The position numbers and the translations under genes are program-made. A model generated the notes under the pieces. It worked only from the letters and a program-made list of their open reading frames with translations. It did not search any database and was not told the DNA's origin. A stretch of DNA of 64,000 nt from Hypanus sabinus (taxonomy: Eukaryota). Positions 52,560 to 64,000 of this stretch are shown here, in pieces. Positions within the stretch are counted from its first letter, which is position 1. Each line of letters starts with the position of its first letter. The DNA lies in contig NC_082731.1 of NCBI RefSeq assembly GCF_030144855.1, forward strand, positions 38,440,001-38,504,000, read 5' to 3'.

Positions 52560-53170
52560 AAGCTCTCGCAGTTTCTGTAGCGCATGCGCATTTCTGGTTC
52601 AGTGACCTTTCCCCACCTGTACGTTGGAATTCTTTTGAAACACAGAATAGCAGTTGATATTTAGTATAGTGACTTTGGACCTGGCTGTGCTAAATGAAGC
52701 GCCGAGGTCTCCACATGTAAACATTGACGGATTTGAGGCTCCATCCATTTACTGTCCACTTTCATTACCCAGAAATCTACGCGCTCGGTGCCGGCTGATC
52801 AGGTGCGCATGCGCCGAGGATAGCGGTGAGAGCCCGTTGCGCATGCGCTCACCGGACAGAGGACCGGCGGATCCAGGCAAGAGGGTGAGACCGGGGCTCC
52901 GCGCCCCGCCTGGGAGGCAATTGCTGCGGGTTCCCGTCACACCGCCATCGCCCTGAACTCCGGGGTAGAAGAGGTCCTTACCGGGGGAAATGACTGCTGA
53001 TGAGCGGCCCTGGCGCTATTCCTATGGCGCATGCGTGTCGCTGGATCGGCGGCTGATTAGACGGGGATCTGGTTCGTGGGTGAATCGGTTTCTGGTTTGT
53101 GGGGGTTTTTGGTAAAGGGATGGCTATCGGGGACTGCAGAGGCGTGATTTAGAGCGCTCTCGGAGGGAGT
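52560..53170 (+). promoter_or_regulatory. CpG-rich promoter / first exon of ZNF gene 3 with NRF1 sites
   Basis: GCGCATGCGC at 52580, 52805 and 52839, GCGCATGCGT at 53027; 52985-53110 nearly identical to 7190-7315. Confidence 0.78.
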
Positions 53171-53583
53171 GAAGGAGATTAGATCTCCCAGATCAGCTCC
53201 AGTAGGCAAATCAGATCACTGCCCTGTCATGTTCATTAACATTGACTCTGGTGAGCTTATCACTGTCAATGAACTCCGGGGGGTGGAATCACAGTAATCA
53301 AAATGTCTCCAGGAGTATCTATGTAACCCTGTGGTCCTGCTTAGAAGCTAGAGTTGGACTGAGGCAACTCAGAGATTGATGCAGAAATGGTCCATTCCGA
53401 TACAGACAGGCAGACAGAGAATTTCATCATCAGTTCAGATGCCTGAACCCGGTTAAAAACGGGGAGCATTCGTCCAACTTGGGTTGAGCCCTGCTTATAA
53501 CAGTGTGATGTCAGACTCACCAGAGGGATGAAAATGATCTCGTCTCAGTTGTTATCCTTAACAAATTGATGTCTTCTGTAACA

Positions 53584-56158
53584 CGAGTGAATCTGCAGAT
53601 GCTGGAAATAAATAAAAAAACACAAAATGCTGGCAGAACTCAGCAGGCCAGACAGCATCTATGGGAGGAGGTAATAATGACATTTCGGGCCAAAGCCCTT
53701 CATCAGGAGTGAAGTAACGTGGGATGGTCGAGGGGGGATAAGAATAGACAATAGACAATAGGTGCAGGAGCAGACCATTCGGCCTTTCTAGCCAGCACCG
53801 CCATTCACTGTGATCATGGCTGATCATACACAATCAGTATCCTGTTCCTGCCCTCTTCCCATATCCTTTGACCCCGCTATCTATAAGAGCTCTATCTAAC
53901 TCTCTCTTGAATGCAGCCAGAGACTTGGCCTCCACTGCCTTCTGGGGCAAAGCATTCCACATATCCACCACTCTCTGGGTGAAAAAGTTTTTCTGCATCT
54001 CAGTTCTAAATGGCCTACCCCTTATTCTTAAACTGTGGCCTCCAGTTCTGGACTCACCCATCAGCGGGAACATGCTTCCTGCCTCCAGCGTGTCCAATCC
54101 CTTAATAATCTTATGTCTCAATCAGATCCCCTCTCATCCTTCTAAATTCCAGTGTATACAAGCCCAGTCGCTCCAATCTTTCAACATATGATAGTCCCGC
54201 CATTCCGGGAATTAACCTTGTGAACCTACGCTGCACTCCCTCAATAGCAAGAATGTCCTTCCTCAAATTTGGAGACCAAAACTGCACACAATACTCCAGG
54301 TGGGGTCTCACCAGGGCCCTGTACAGCTGCAGAAGGACCTCTTTATTCCTATACTCAATTCCTCTTGTTATAAAGGCCAGCATGCCATTAGCTTTCTTCA
54401 CTGCCTGCCGTACCTGCATGTTTGCTTTCATTGACTGATGTACAAGAACACCTAGATCTCGTTGCACTTCCCCTTTCCCTAACATGCCTTCCTGTTCTTG
54501 CCACCAAAGTGGATAACCTCACATTTATCCACATTAAACTGCATCTGCCATACATTTGCCCACTCACCCAACCTGTCCAAGTCACCCTGCATTCTCATAA
54601 CATCTTCCTAACATTTCACACTGCCACCCAGCTTTGTGTCATCAGCAAATTTGCTAATGTTACTTTTAATCCCTTCATTGAAATCATTAATGTATATTTT
54701 AAACAGCTGTGGTCCCAGCACCGAACCTTGCGGTACTGCCATTCTGAAAGGGACCTGTTAATCGTTACTCTTTGTTTCCTGTCAGCCAGCCAATTTTCAA
54801 TCCATGTCAGTACTCTGCCCCCAATACCATATGCCCTAATTTTGCCCACTAATCTCCTATGTGGGACTTTATCAAAAGCTTTCTGGAAGTCCAGGTACAC
54901 TACATCCACTGGCTCTCCCTTGTCCATTTTCATAGTTACATCCTCAAAAAACTCCAGAAGATTAGTCAAGCATGATTTTCCCTTCATTAATCCATGCTGA
55001 CTCAGACTGATCCTTCTACTCCTATCCAAGTGTGTCGTAATTTCATCTTTTATAATTGACTCCAGCATCTTTCCCACCACTGACGTCAGGCTAACCGGTC
55101 TATAATTCCCTGTTTTCTCTCTCCTTCCTTTCTTGAAAAGTGGGACAACATTAGCCACCCTCCAGTCAGCAGGAACTGTTCCTGAATCTATAGAACATTG
55201 GAAAATGATTACCAATGCATCCACAATTTCTAGAGCCACCTCTTTAAGTACCCTGGGATGCAGACCATCAGGTCCCGGGGACTTATCAGCCTTCAGACTC
55301 AACAGTCTATACAACACCGTTTCTTGTCTCATATAAATTTCCTTCAGTTCATCCTTTACCCTAGTTCCTTTGACTATTACATCTGGTGGGGGGGGGGGGA
55401 GGGACAAAGTAGAGAGCTGGGAAGTGATAGGCTGGAGGGAAATGGGCTAGTGGGAAGGTGAAGAATTATGTGAAATAAGAGAGAAAGAAGGTAGGGCTGG
55501 GGAGAGAGATTATAGTGAGAGTGGGGGGAAAAAGAGAGAGAAAGAGAACCAGACTAAAATAATAGATTGGGATGGGGGTAAGGGTGGGGGGCAGGGGTAT
55601 GAACGGAGGTCAGTGAGTTGGATGTTCGTGTCGGCAGGAAGGAGGCTACCTAGGTGGGAGATAAGGTATTGCTCCATCGACCTGCGTGTGGCCTCATCTT
55701 GACAGTAGCGGAGGGCATGGACAGACATGTCGGAGTGGGAGTGGTCCGTGGAATTGGTGTGTGGCCACAATGAGATCCCGCCACTGCTGGAGGACTGAGT
55801 GCCGGTGTTCGACGGAACGGTCTCCCAGTCTGCGGCGGGTCTCCCCAATGTATAAATGGCCACATCGGGAGCACCGGATACAGTATATCACCCCAGTTGA
55901 CTCGCAGGTGAAGTGGTGCCTCACCTGAAAGTACTGTCTGGGGCCTGGGATGGTGGTGAGGGAAGAAGTGTGGGGGCAGGTGTAGCTCTTATTCCGTTTG
56001 CGGGGATGAGTGCCGGGAGGGAGGTTCGTGGGGAGGGATGGTGGGGGGAATGAATGGACAAAGGAGTCGTGTAAGGAGCGATCCCTGCGGAAAGCTGAGA
56101 GTGGCGGAGAGGGGAAGATGTGATTGGTGGTGGGATCACGTAGGAGGTGGCAGAAGTA
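53584..56158 (-). mobile_element. Penelope element (GIY-YIG) with 10-bp TSD, containing a nested CR1
   Basis: TTCTGTAACA at 53574 and 56159; GVIYCIRCSRCGHLYIGETRRRLGDR. Confidence 0.9.
53743..55383 (-). mobile_element. CR1 LINE (RT to 3' tail)
   Basis: KSPGPDGLHPRVLKE, NYRPVSLTS, YLDFQKAFDKVPH; tail atagacaatagacaatagg. Confidence 0.93.
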
Positions 56159-56782
56159 TTCTGTAACATTTTTTTACAGGACACAAAAGGCAAAGGATTT
56201 GTGTTTGTGAATCTCAAACAGAACAACAAACACGTCAGTCCCAACGTATGTTGTCATCAATCTTTGAATGTGGAGGAGGAGATGCTTGAGAAAACAGCAC
56301 ACCGTTTGCAGCAAGGAGAACCCAAACACGTGCTCAGTGTCGGAGAGAGATCTGGATAAAGCAACCTGGTGATAAACCTTGTGAATTCTCTTCAAGTTAT
56401 TGAAGGAGTGATCAAGTATTTCCATTGTAACGCCAGTATATCAGTGGTGGAACCTTGGAGCAGAAGATGTATCTCAGCCCAGCTGGAAATGTGCTTTGTG
56501 TGTGAAGTAAAGTTTTCTGGTGTAACTCTGTGAAATCCACTGCAACTAAGTGCCTGCCAACACACCAGCATTTATTCACCAGAGATCAGGTCTTCAGCTG
56601 CATTGTCTGTGTGAAGGATTGACGTCTGACTTGATGAATTAACAGTTCACCTGCTGTGTGTGTGGGAAGGCAGTCACTTGATCATTCAACTTACTGACAC
56701 ATCAGTGAGCTCACACAAGAGAGAGGAGAGACTGTTCAACTCTTCCGTGGGTGGGACGGGATTCACTCGTTCATCCCATGTG

Positions 56783-58255
56783 ATGAGTCACCCCCTAATG
56801 CACTCCAAGGAGAGGCCATACATCTGCTCGGACTGTGGGAAGGGATTCACTCGCTCATCCAACTTAATTAGACACCAGCGATTTCACTCTGGGGAGAAGC
56901 CGTTCACCTGCTCAGACTGTGGGAAGGGATTTACTCAGTCATCTCACTTGCAAGTACACCGGCGTGTTCACAGTGGAGAGAGACCATATATCTGCCCTGT
57001 TTGTGGGAAGCGATGTACTCAATCATCTGACCTGATGAGGCACAAGCAAATTCACACGGGAGAGAGGCCATTCACCTGCTCTGAATGTGGAAAGGGATTC
57101 ACTCATTCGTCCTACCTGATACATCACCAGCAAGTTCACACTGGAGAGAGGCCATTCACCTGCTCAGTCTGTGGGAAGGGATTCACTCGGTCGTCTAATC
57201 TACTGGCACATCAGAGACTTCACACTGGGGACAGGCCGTTCACCTGTTCAGAGTGTGGGAAGGGATTCACTGAATCGTCACACCTGCACGCGCACCAGCG
57301 GGTTCATACAGAAAAAAAAACATTCACCTGCTCAGACTGTGGGGATGTATTCAATCAGTTGTCTCAACTGCAAGCACACAGGCGAGTTCACGATGGGGAG
57401 CAACCGGTTATCTGCTCTGTTAGCAGGAAACAATGCACTCGACCGTCTCAGCTGATGAAGCATCAGCGAGTTCACACTAGGGAGAGACCCTTCACCTGCT
57501 CAGAATGTGGGAAGACGTTCACTCGGTCATCCCATCTCTTATCACACCAGGCAGTTCACACTGGGGAGAGGCCATTCACCTGCTCAGAGTGTGGGAAGGG
57601 ATTCACTCGGTCATCCCATCTCCTGGCACACCAGAGACTTCACACTGGGGAGAGGCCGTTTACCTGTTCAGACTGTGGAAAGGGATTCACTGAGTCGTCT
57701 CACCTGCACGCGCACCAGCGAGTTCACACGGGAGAAAAGCCATTCACCTGTCCTGTTTGTGGGAAGGGATTCACTCACTCATCTCAAGTGAGAAGACACC
57801 AGCGAGTTCACTCTGGGGAGAAGCCATTCACCTGCTCAGACTGTGGGAAGGGATTTACACAGTCATCTCACTTGCAAGTACACCGGCGTGTTCACAGTGG
57901 AGAGAGACCATACGTCTGCCCTGTTTGTGGGAAGCGATGTACTCAATCATCTGACCTATTGAGGCACAAGCGAATTCACACGGGAGAGAGGCCGTTCACC
58001 TGCTCTGAATGTGGAAAGGGATTCACTCGGTCATCTAACCTACTAGTACACCAGACGGTTCACACTGGGGAGAGGCCATTCACCTGCTCAGTGTGTGGGA
58101 AGGGATTTACACACTCGTCCTATCTGATAAGTCACCAGCGGGTTCACACCGGAGAGAGGCCATTCACCTGCTTAGAATGTGGGAAGAGATTCAGTCGGTC
58201 GTCTAATCTACTGGCGCACCAGAGAGTTCACGCTGGGGAGAAGCCATTCAGCTGA
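56783..58255 (+). CDS. C2H2 zinc-finger protein, 17 finger units (16 intact), 490 aa (ZNF gene 3)
   Basis: First in-frame ATG at 56783, orthologous in position to gene 1; finger 8 is CSVS (second Cys lost); acceptor AG at 56178-56179; AATAAA at 59354. Confidence 0.9.
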   Translation: MSHPLMHSKERPYICSDCGKGFTRSSNLIRHQRFHSGEKPFTCSDCGKGFTQSSHLQVHRRVHSGERPYICPVCGKRCTQSSDLMRHKQIHTGERPFTCSECGKGFTHSSYLIHHQQVHTGERPFTCSVCGKGFTRSSNLLAHQRLHTGDRPFTCSECGKGFTESSHLHAHQRVHTEKKTFTCSDCGDVFNQLSQLQAHRRVHDGEQPVICSVSRKQCTRPSQLMKHQRVHTRERPFTCSECGKTFTRSSHLLSHQAVHTGERPFTCSECGKGFTRSSHLLAHQRLHTGERPFTCSDCGKGFTESSHLHAHQRVHTGEKPFTCPVCGKGFTHSSQVRRHQRVHSGEKPFTCSDCGKGFTQSSHLQVHRRVHSGERPYVCPVCGKRCTQSSDLLRHKRIHTGERPFTCSECGKGFTRSSNLLVHQTVHTGERPFTCSVCGKGFTHSSYLISHQRVHTGERPFTCLECGKRFSRSSNLLAHQRVHAGEKPFS

Positions 58256-58308
58256 TGAATTGTGGGAAGTAATTTACTGAATAGTCATATTTGAACACAC
58301 ACCAGTGA

Positions 58309-58491
<183 letters not shown>

Positions 58492-59376
58492 TGAAGTATC
58501 AGTGGGTTTACACTGAGAGGCTGCATACCTGGCCTGTGTGAGTAAACAGGTTTACTCGTTCATCCTACCTGCTGGTACGCCAGCTCAAGATTTTGGGGAG
58601 TTATGTACGGTGTCTTCTCACCCATAGACACCATCATGCTCACATGATGGGGTCCATTCATCTGCTCTGTGTGGCGGGGATTCACTTGCTCAGCCCACAG
58701 GCAGAAACACCAGTGGGTTCACAGTGGAAAGAGGGCATTCACCTGTTCTGTGTGTGGGAGGGATATACTCTGTCATCCAGCCTGAAGATATAACTGCGAG
58801 TTCCCATTGTACAGTAACCATATACCTGATCTGACTCTGGGTAGTGATTCCTTAAGATCCCCAACCTCAGGACACATAAGTGAGTTCACACTGGAGAGAG
58901 GTTATCCATCTGGTCTAGGTGTGGGAAGGAATTCATTCAGTCATTTCAGCCACTGAGCACCAGCGAGTTCCCACGAGGGAGTAGCCGTTCACCTGTTCTG
59001 AGTGTGGGAAGGGTTTCATTCAGTTAAACCACCTTGTGAGGCTCCATTAAGTTCACAATAAGGTGAGGCCACACTTCTGTCCTAAATGAGCAAAGAGATT
59101 TACTCAGTTGTCCCTTATGGTGAGACTCCAGCAACTTCACATCAAGGAGAAGGTTCAAATAAGCTGTCTGTTATATTTTTAGGCATCACGGCAGCTGGAT
59201 CTGGTTGCAAGCTCCTGAATGATTCTTCATGTCAGGGTCTGCTGTTATTGCAGCTGCTGATCGCACCCGGGACTGAACTGAGCCTTCGAGGGTTTTGTTC
59301 TGTTGCTGTTGGCAGAAAATGAGACTGGTGTTTAATATTGTAGATTTGTGACAAATAAATCAGTTGCATTTCAAAT

Positions 59377-59828
59377 TGTCGTGGAAACACTAACTGAGAA
59401 CACTCAGAGTGACTTGGAGTTTCGTTTTAAGAGTTTATTAACATGATATCATGGAGAGGCTGCAGCAGTCTCCACCGCCACCAGAACTCTAAACTTTAGG
59501 TTATTCAGTGCTCTTATTTATACGACAAGACAAACAACTGCACATAACTTTGTTTGGCATCCCACGGTCAGTACCTGATCAATCGTTTAAATTATCCCTC
59601 CATATGAGTCAACGGTTCTTCCTGCTTCCTGCTATCAGGACTCATAAATTTAGCTCCAGACGCATTCTCCCTCCTGGTTCCAGGGTCCTACTATCTTATT
59701 AATTGGAGTTCCTGGTACTGCACTTATCATCTAAGGTTATTATCGACATGCATCAGCAGTCTTAAGCCCAGCTGTTCCAGAATTGTCAAGTATCCCATTA
59801 TACATTAGTTTTAACCATTTCTACCACA
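59377..59828 (-). mobile_element. ERV 3' LTR
   Basis: TGTGGTAGAAA...TTTCCACGACA ends on minus, TATAAA (about 59520) and AATAAA (about 59436), preceded by PPT CAAGGAGGGATT. Confidence 0.75.
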
Positions 59829-59929
59829 AATCCCTCCTTGTTGATCTTTCTGATCAACACTTAAAAGGTTTGTATTTCTTTCTTTCTGAAGAGGGGGCTC
59901 ATAACCCACTGGGTAAGGGCGCATTCCTA

Positions 59930-60490
59930 AACTTCCCTCTCCATCGTAACTCCCCTCTTCTTCCCAGTCTCCAGTGATGTGAGATTGCGCAGATGCAGCG
60001 AATACGTAGTTGTATGACACAATGAACCACCACCGCTAAGCAGACCAGGGCAATGAGACGGTAAAAGAGGGGCTGTAACGAGGGAAATATTCTTTCTAAA
60101 ACGGATTTAAACCACCTAAAGAAACCCCAGCCTTCTGAAGGGGCTTGAGAGTTCAGTTAATGTATCTCATCTTGCAGGTGGGTCATGTGTTCTAACACGT
60201 GGGTCATATTTTCTGAAGCATCGGGTACGTAGGTGTAACATTCTTTTCCCACTAAAGCACAGACCCCTCCTTCCCAGGCTAATAGTCTCGGGCCATCCGG
60301 TTCCATAAGGTCACCAGTCAAAGATTTTGTATTTCCTGGTTCAGAATGGCAAATCCCTCTATAGTCTCATCGGCCAGTTGTTCCAGTACTAAACTTCTAT
60401 TGTCTATTGTATGCTGTTTGTAAACCAAATACCTCACCTTCAGCACTATTACACTGGTTCCCACTCCCCCCGCGAAATTATTTTAAACTC
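59930..60490 (-). pseudogene. env: Endogenous retrovirus env, gamma-type TM subunit relic
   Basis: Manual translation across frameshifts: LEQLADETIEGFAILNQEIQNL*LVTLWNRMARDY*..EGGVCALVG..ECYTYVPD..WGFFRWFK..LIALVCLAVVVHCVI (heptad, ISD, CX6CC-like motif, TM). Confidence 0.8.
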
Positions 60491-60779
60491 ACATGGACAA
60501 TTCTGGCCAACTATACTTCACTCATCCCATCAAGAAATGCTTTATCCAAAAGCAGCGTAGCAGAGATGATTCAGTGGTGAAGGATAATTTTAAAAGTAGT
60601 CCACGAAGTAAGCCATAGGGCCAACAAAAGAGAACTGGAAATAACAGTGCAGGCATCAAGGTAGATGTTTTGGGATGGAAAATGAAAGCTCGGAGCAACT
60701 GGTTGAGGCCGACTGGTTTGAGGAGTGAATGAGCACTGTGGGTGTAGTGGGCCAGTATGTTACAGGCACAATCGTGCCC

Positions 60780-61430
60780 ACTATCCACATGAGGTAACAT
60801 CTGTCATCAAAGATTCCCACCATCCAAGCATGCCATCGTCTCACAGCTACCACTGATCAAGAGGTACAGCATCCTGAATTACCACACCATGTTGTTCAAG
60901 GACAACAAATCTTCAACTATCCTGCTCTTGAAGCAACCTGCAGAACCCCAGTCACTTCCTTAGTTATGCAACACTATGACCACTTTGACCACATTGCGCT
61001 ACAATAGAATTTCTTTTCTTTTTTTTTCTAATTGATTTCTTTCTGGTATAATTTTATATAATTTCTGCTGTTAAATTGCACCTGAACGTTGTGCACCTCT
61101 GTACACCTCTTTGACATTGAGGGTAAGTGTCGTTTCCCTCAGTCAGCAAAACAAAAGGCCTGATCATAGACTTCAGGAAGAGAATGGTGTATATGCTCCA
61201 GTCTGCATCAATGGCGCTGAGGTTGAGCGACTTGAAAGCTTCAAGTATCTACCAATATCTACCATCACCAATAGACCATCCTGGTCCAACCACATTGACA
61301 CCACAGCCAGGAAAGCTCATAAATGCTTTCCTTCCCCAGGAAACTAAAGAAATTTGATATGGCCTCTTTGACCCTCGCCAATTTTTAATCAATGCACCAT
61401 AGAAAGCATCCCATTCCATGAAGGTCCATG
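60780..61430 (+). mobile_element. Old Rex1/Babar fragments
   Basis: SVSKTKGLIIDFRK; INGAEVERLESFKYL; IKDSHHPSH. Confidence 0.65.
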
Positions 61431-61462
61431 TTGATTGATCCCCCAAAGTTCGTGCACAGGTC

Positions 61463-63872
61463 TTTCTTTTCTTTTTCAATCTTTTTATTAAATTTCATAT
61501 ATAAAAAAAAATAACACAAAATAATGAATAGATTACAGATTCAATAGACTTGAGATTACATTAGTAATAGGATAATAATATCCTATTAAAACATCCATCA
61601 ACAAAAGGTACATAAATCAATCAAGTCTATATAAATATATATGAAAAACAAAAATAATCGTCGAAAGAAGAAAAAAAAATTGAAATTATATATGAGAAAA
61701 AATATATAATGAAAAAAAATACTAAACTAAAACTAACATGGGCAATAATAGCACTTTATAAATATATAAAGGTGTCAAGAAAAACTCCAGAACTCCAAAC
61801 CTGAACAAGTATAAGTAGAGAAAAGGATCTGAAATAAGCCAAATTAATTCATATGAAAGTGTCGAATAAATGGTCCCCAGGTTTCTTCAAATTTAATTGA
61901 AGAATCAAAGATAGTGCTTCTGATTTTTTCCAAACTCAGATAAGAAATAGTTTGGGAGAACCACTGAAATGTAGTAGGAGGATTTACTTCTTTCCAGTTT
62001 TGTAATATAGACCTTCTGGCAATTAATGTTACAAAAGCAATCATTCGTCTGATTGAAGGGGAAAGCTGATTGCCATCTTCATTTGGTATACCGAAAATTG
62101 CAGTAATAAAATGGGGTTGTAAATCGATATTCCATACTGAGGAAATGACATCAAAAATGTCCTTCCAATAATTATGTAAAGTGGGACATGTCCAAAACAT
62201 GTGAGTCAATGAAGCCACTTCTAAGTGACATCTGTCACATTGAGGATTAATATGCGAATAAAATCGGGCAAGTTTATCTTTAGACATATAAGCTCTATGT
62301 ACAATTTTAAATTGTATTAAAGCATGTTTAGCACAAATAGAGGAGGAATTAACCATTTGTAAAATTTTTTCCCATTTATCTGTTGATATATTACATCGAA
62401 GTTCTTTTTCCCATTCTTGTCTAATTCTATCCGATATTTCTGGCTGTATCTTCATAATCATGTTATAAATAAAAGCTACTAATCCCTTCTGACAAGGATT
62501 AAAAGTAAAAATCAAATCTGAAAAATCCGATGGAGTTGAATTAGGAAAAGATGGAAGAATTTTATGTAAGAAATTTCTAATTTGTAAGTATCTAAAAAAA
62601 TTAGATTTAGGTAATTCAAATTTGTTGGATAGTTGATCAAAAGACATCAAAGTACCTTCAAAAAAAAGATCACGAAAACATTTTATACCTTTCCTTTTCC
62701 ATATACTAAAAGCTTGATCTGTCAATGAAGGTTTAAAAAAAAAATTACATAAAATAGGGCTGTCCAGAGCAAAGTTTTTCAGATTAAAGAATTTGCGAAA
62801 TTGAAACCAAATTCGTAGTGTATGTTTAACAACAGGGTTAGATATCTGTTTATTGAATTTGGCTAAATCAATAGGAAGAAAAGAACCAAGAACGGAAAAT
62901 ATAGAATATCCCTTAACCTCACTACATTCCAAATTTACCCACTGTGGGCACACAGGTGAATCCAAATCTAGTTTCCAGTACATTAGGTTACGAATATTAT
63001 TCGCCCAATAATAAAATCTAAAGTTAGGTAAAGCTAGACCACCATCTTTTTTAGACTTTTGTAATTGCCTTTTGCTTAACCTAGGATTTTTATTTTGCCA
63101 AACAAATGAGGAAATCTTTGAATCAATATTATCAAAAAAAGATTTAGGAATAAAAATTGGTAAAGCTTGGAATAAATATAAAAATTTCGGTAAAATCATC
63201 ATTTTAATAGCATTAATCCGACCAACTAATGATAAAAATAAGGGAGACCATCTAGTAGTAAGTTGCTGAATTTGATGAAGCATAGGTAAAAAATTCAGTC
63301 CAAATAAATCTTTATATTTCTTGGTGATTTTTATACCTAAATAGATAAAGTTATCAGTAACAACTTTAAATGGCATCCTATCACTCAATAAAGTTTGCGC
63401 ATTTAAAGGGAATAACTCACTCTTATCTAAGTTTAACTTATAACCAGAAAAACTACCAAATTGAGCCAACAAGGATAAAATAGCAGGAATAGACCTACTA
63501 GGATTAGAAATATATAACAACAAATCATCAGCATAAAGCGATAATTTGTATAATTTCTCATTACGGGTAATACCAAAAATATTAGGAGACTCACGAATAG
63601 CAATAGCTAAAGGTTCTAATGCAATATTAAATAATAAAGGACTTAAAGGACAACCTTGTCTCGTACCACGAGATAATTGAAAAAAAGAGGATCTATAATT
63701 ATTTGTAAGAACAGAAGCAACAGGTTTATAATATATTAATTTAATCCATGATATAAAATTAGGACTAAAATTAAAGTTTCTCAATGCATTAAATAAATAT
63801 GTCCATTCAACTCTATCAAAGGCTTTTTCAGCATCTAATGAGATAACACATTCTGGGGTTGTAGGTGATGAA
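61463..63872 (-). mobile_element. Young 5'-truncated L1-clade LINE with uninterrupted ORF2 3' half and 11-bp TSD
   Basis: Open frame 61844 to about 63870 (SLDAEKAFDRVEW, RGTRQGCPLSP, SLYADD, CDRC..HMFWTC); GTGCACAGGTC at 61452 and 63873; A-rich tail. Confidence 0.96.
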
Positions 63873-64000
63873 GTGCACAGGTCGACTGGATGGTTAAGAA
63901 AATGTATGATTCTCCTTCACCCTGTCTGCTGTGCAAGCTCATGCCCTCAGCTCATCCGCCTTTCCTACAAAACTTGCAAAACTTGAAATATATGCCGCTC

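Noticed and set aside
56147-56359. Peptide DTKGKGFV..SLNVEEEM as a possible novel N-terminal effector domain
   Set aside because: Paralogous copies carry stops or frameshifts and none is in frame with the finger ORF; it may be ancestrally coding but is not supportable now

Overview
This is repeat-rich vertebrate DNA; the repeat landscape suggests a cartilaginous fish, probably a ray (inference). The core is a tandem cluster of C2H2 zinc-finger (ZNF) genes on the + strand. There are three intact finger-only ORFs (14, 10 and 16+1 fingers, with no recognisable KRAB/SCAN/BTB domain), two decayed ZNF pseudogenes and further unit remnants. Each intact gene has the same layout: a CpG-rich promoter with paired NRF1 palindromes, an intron with a conserved acceptor, a 5'UTR built from dead fingers, the ORF, a 3'UTR of dead fingers and a conserved polyA module. 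Between the units are L1, CR1, Rex1/Babar, RTE and Penelope retroelements, V-SINEs, a full-length Tc1 and a nested-TIR mariner MITE. Less obvious features: (1) many Penelope termini whose consensus is a minimal type-I hammerhead ribozyme, often in head-to-head inverted cassettes; (2) an ERV 3' LTR with a gamma-type env TM relic inserted at the cleavage site of ZNF gene 3; (3) a small non-coding LTR element with PBS and PPT; (4) a two-exon relic of condensin NCAPH on the minus strand. Repeat boundaries were read by eye and are approximate unless TSDs are given.
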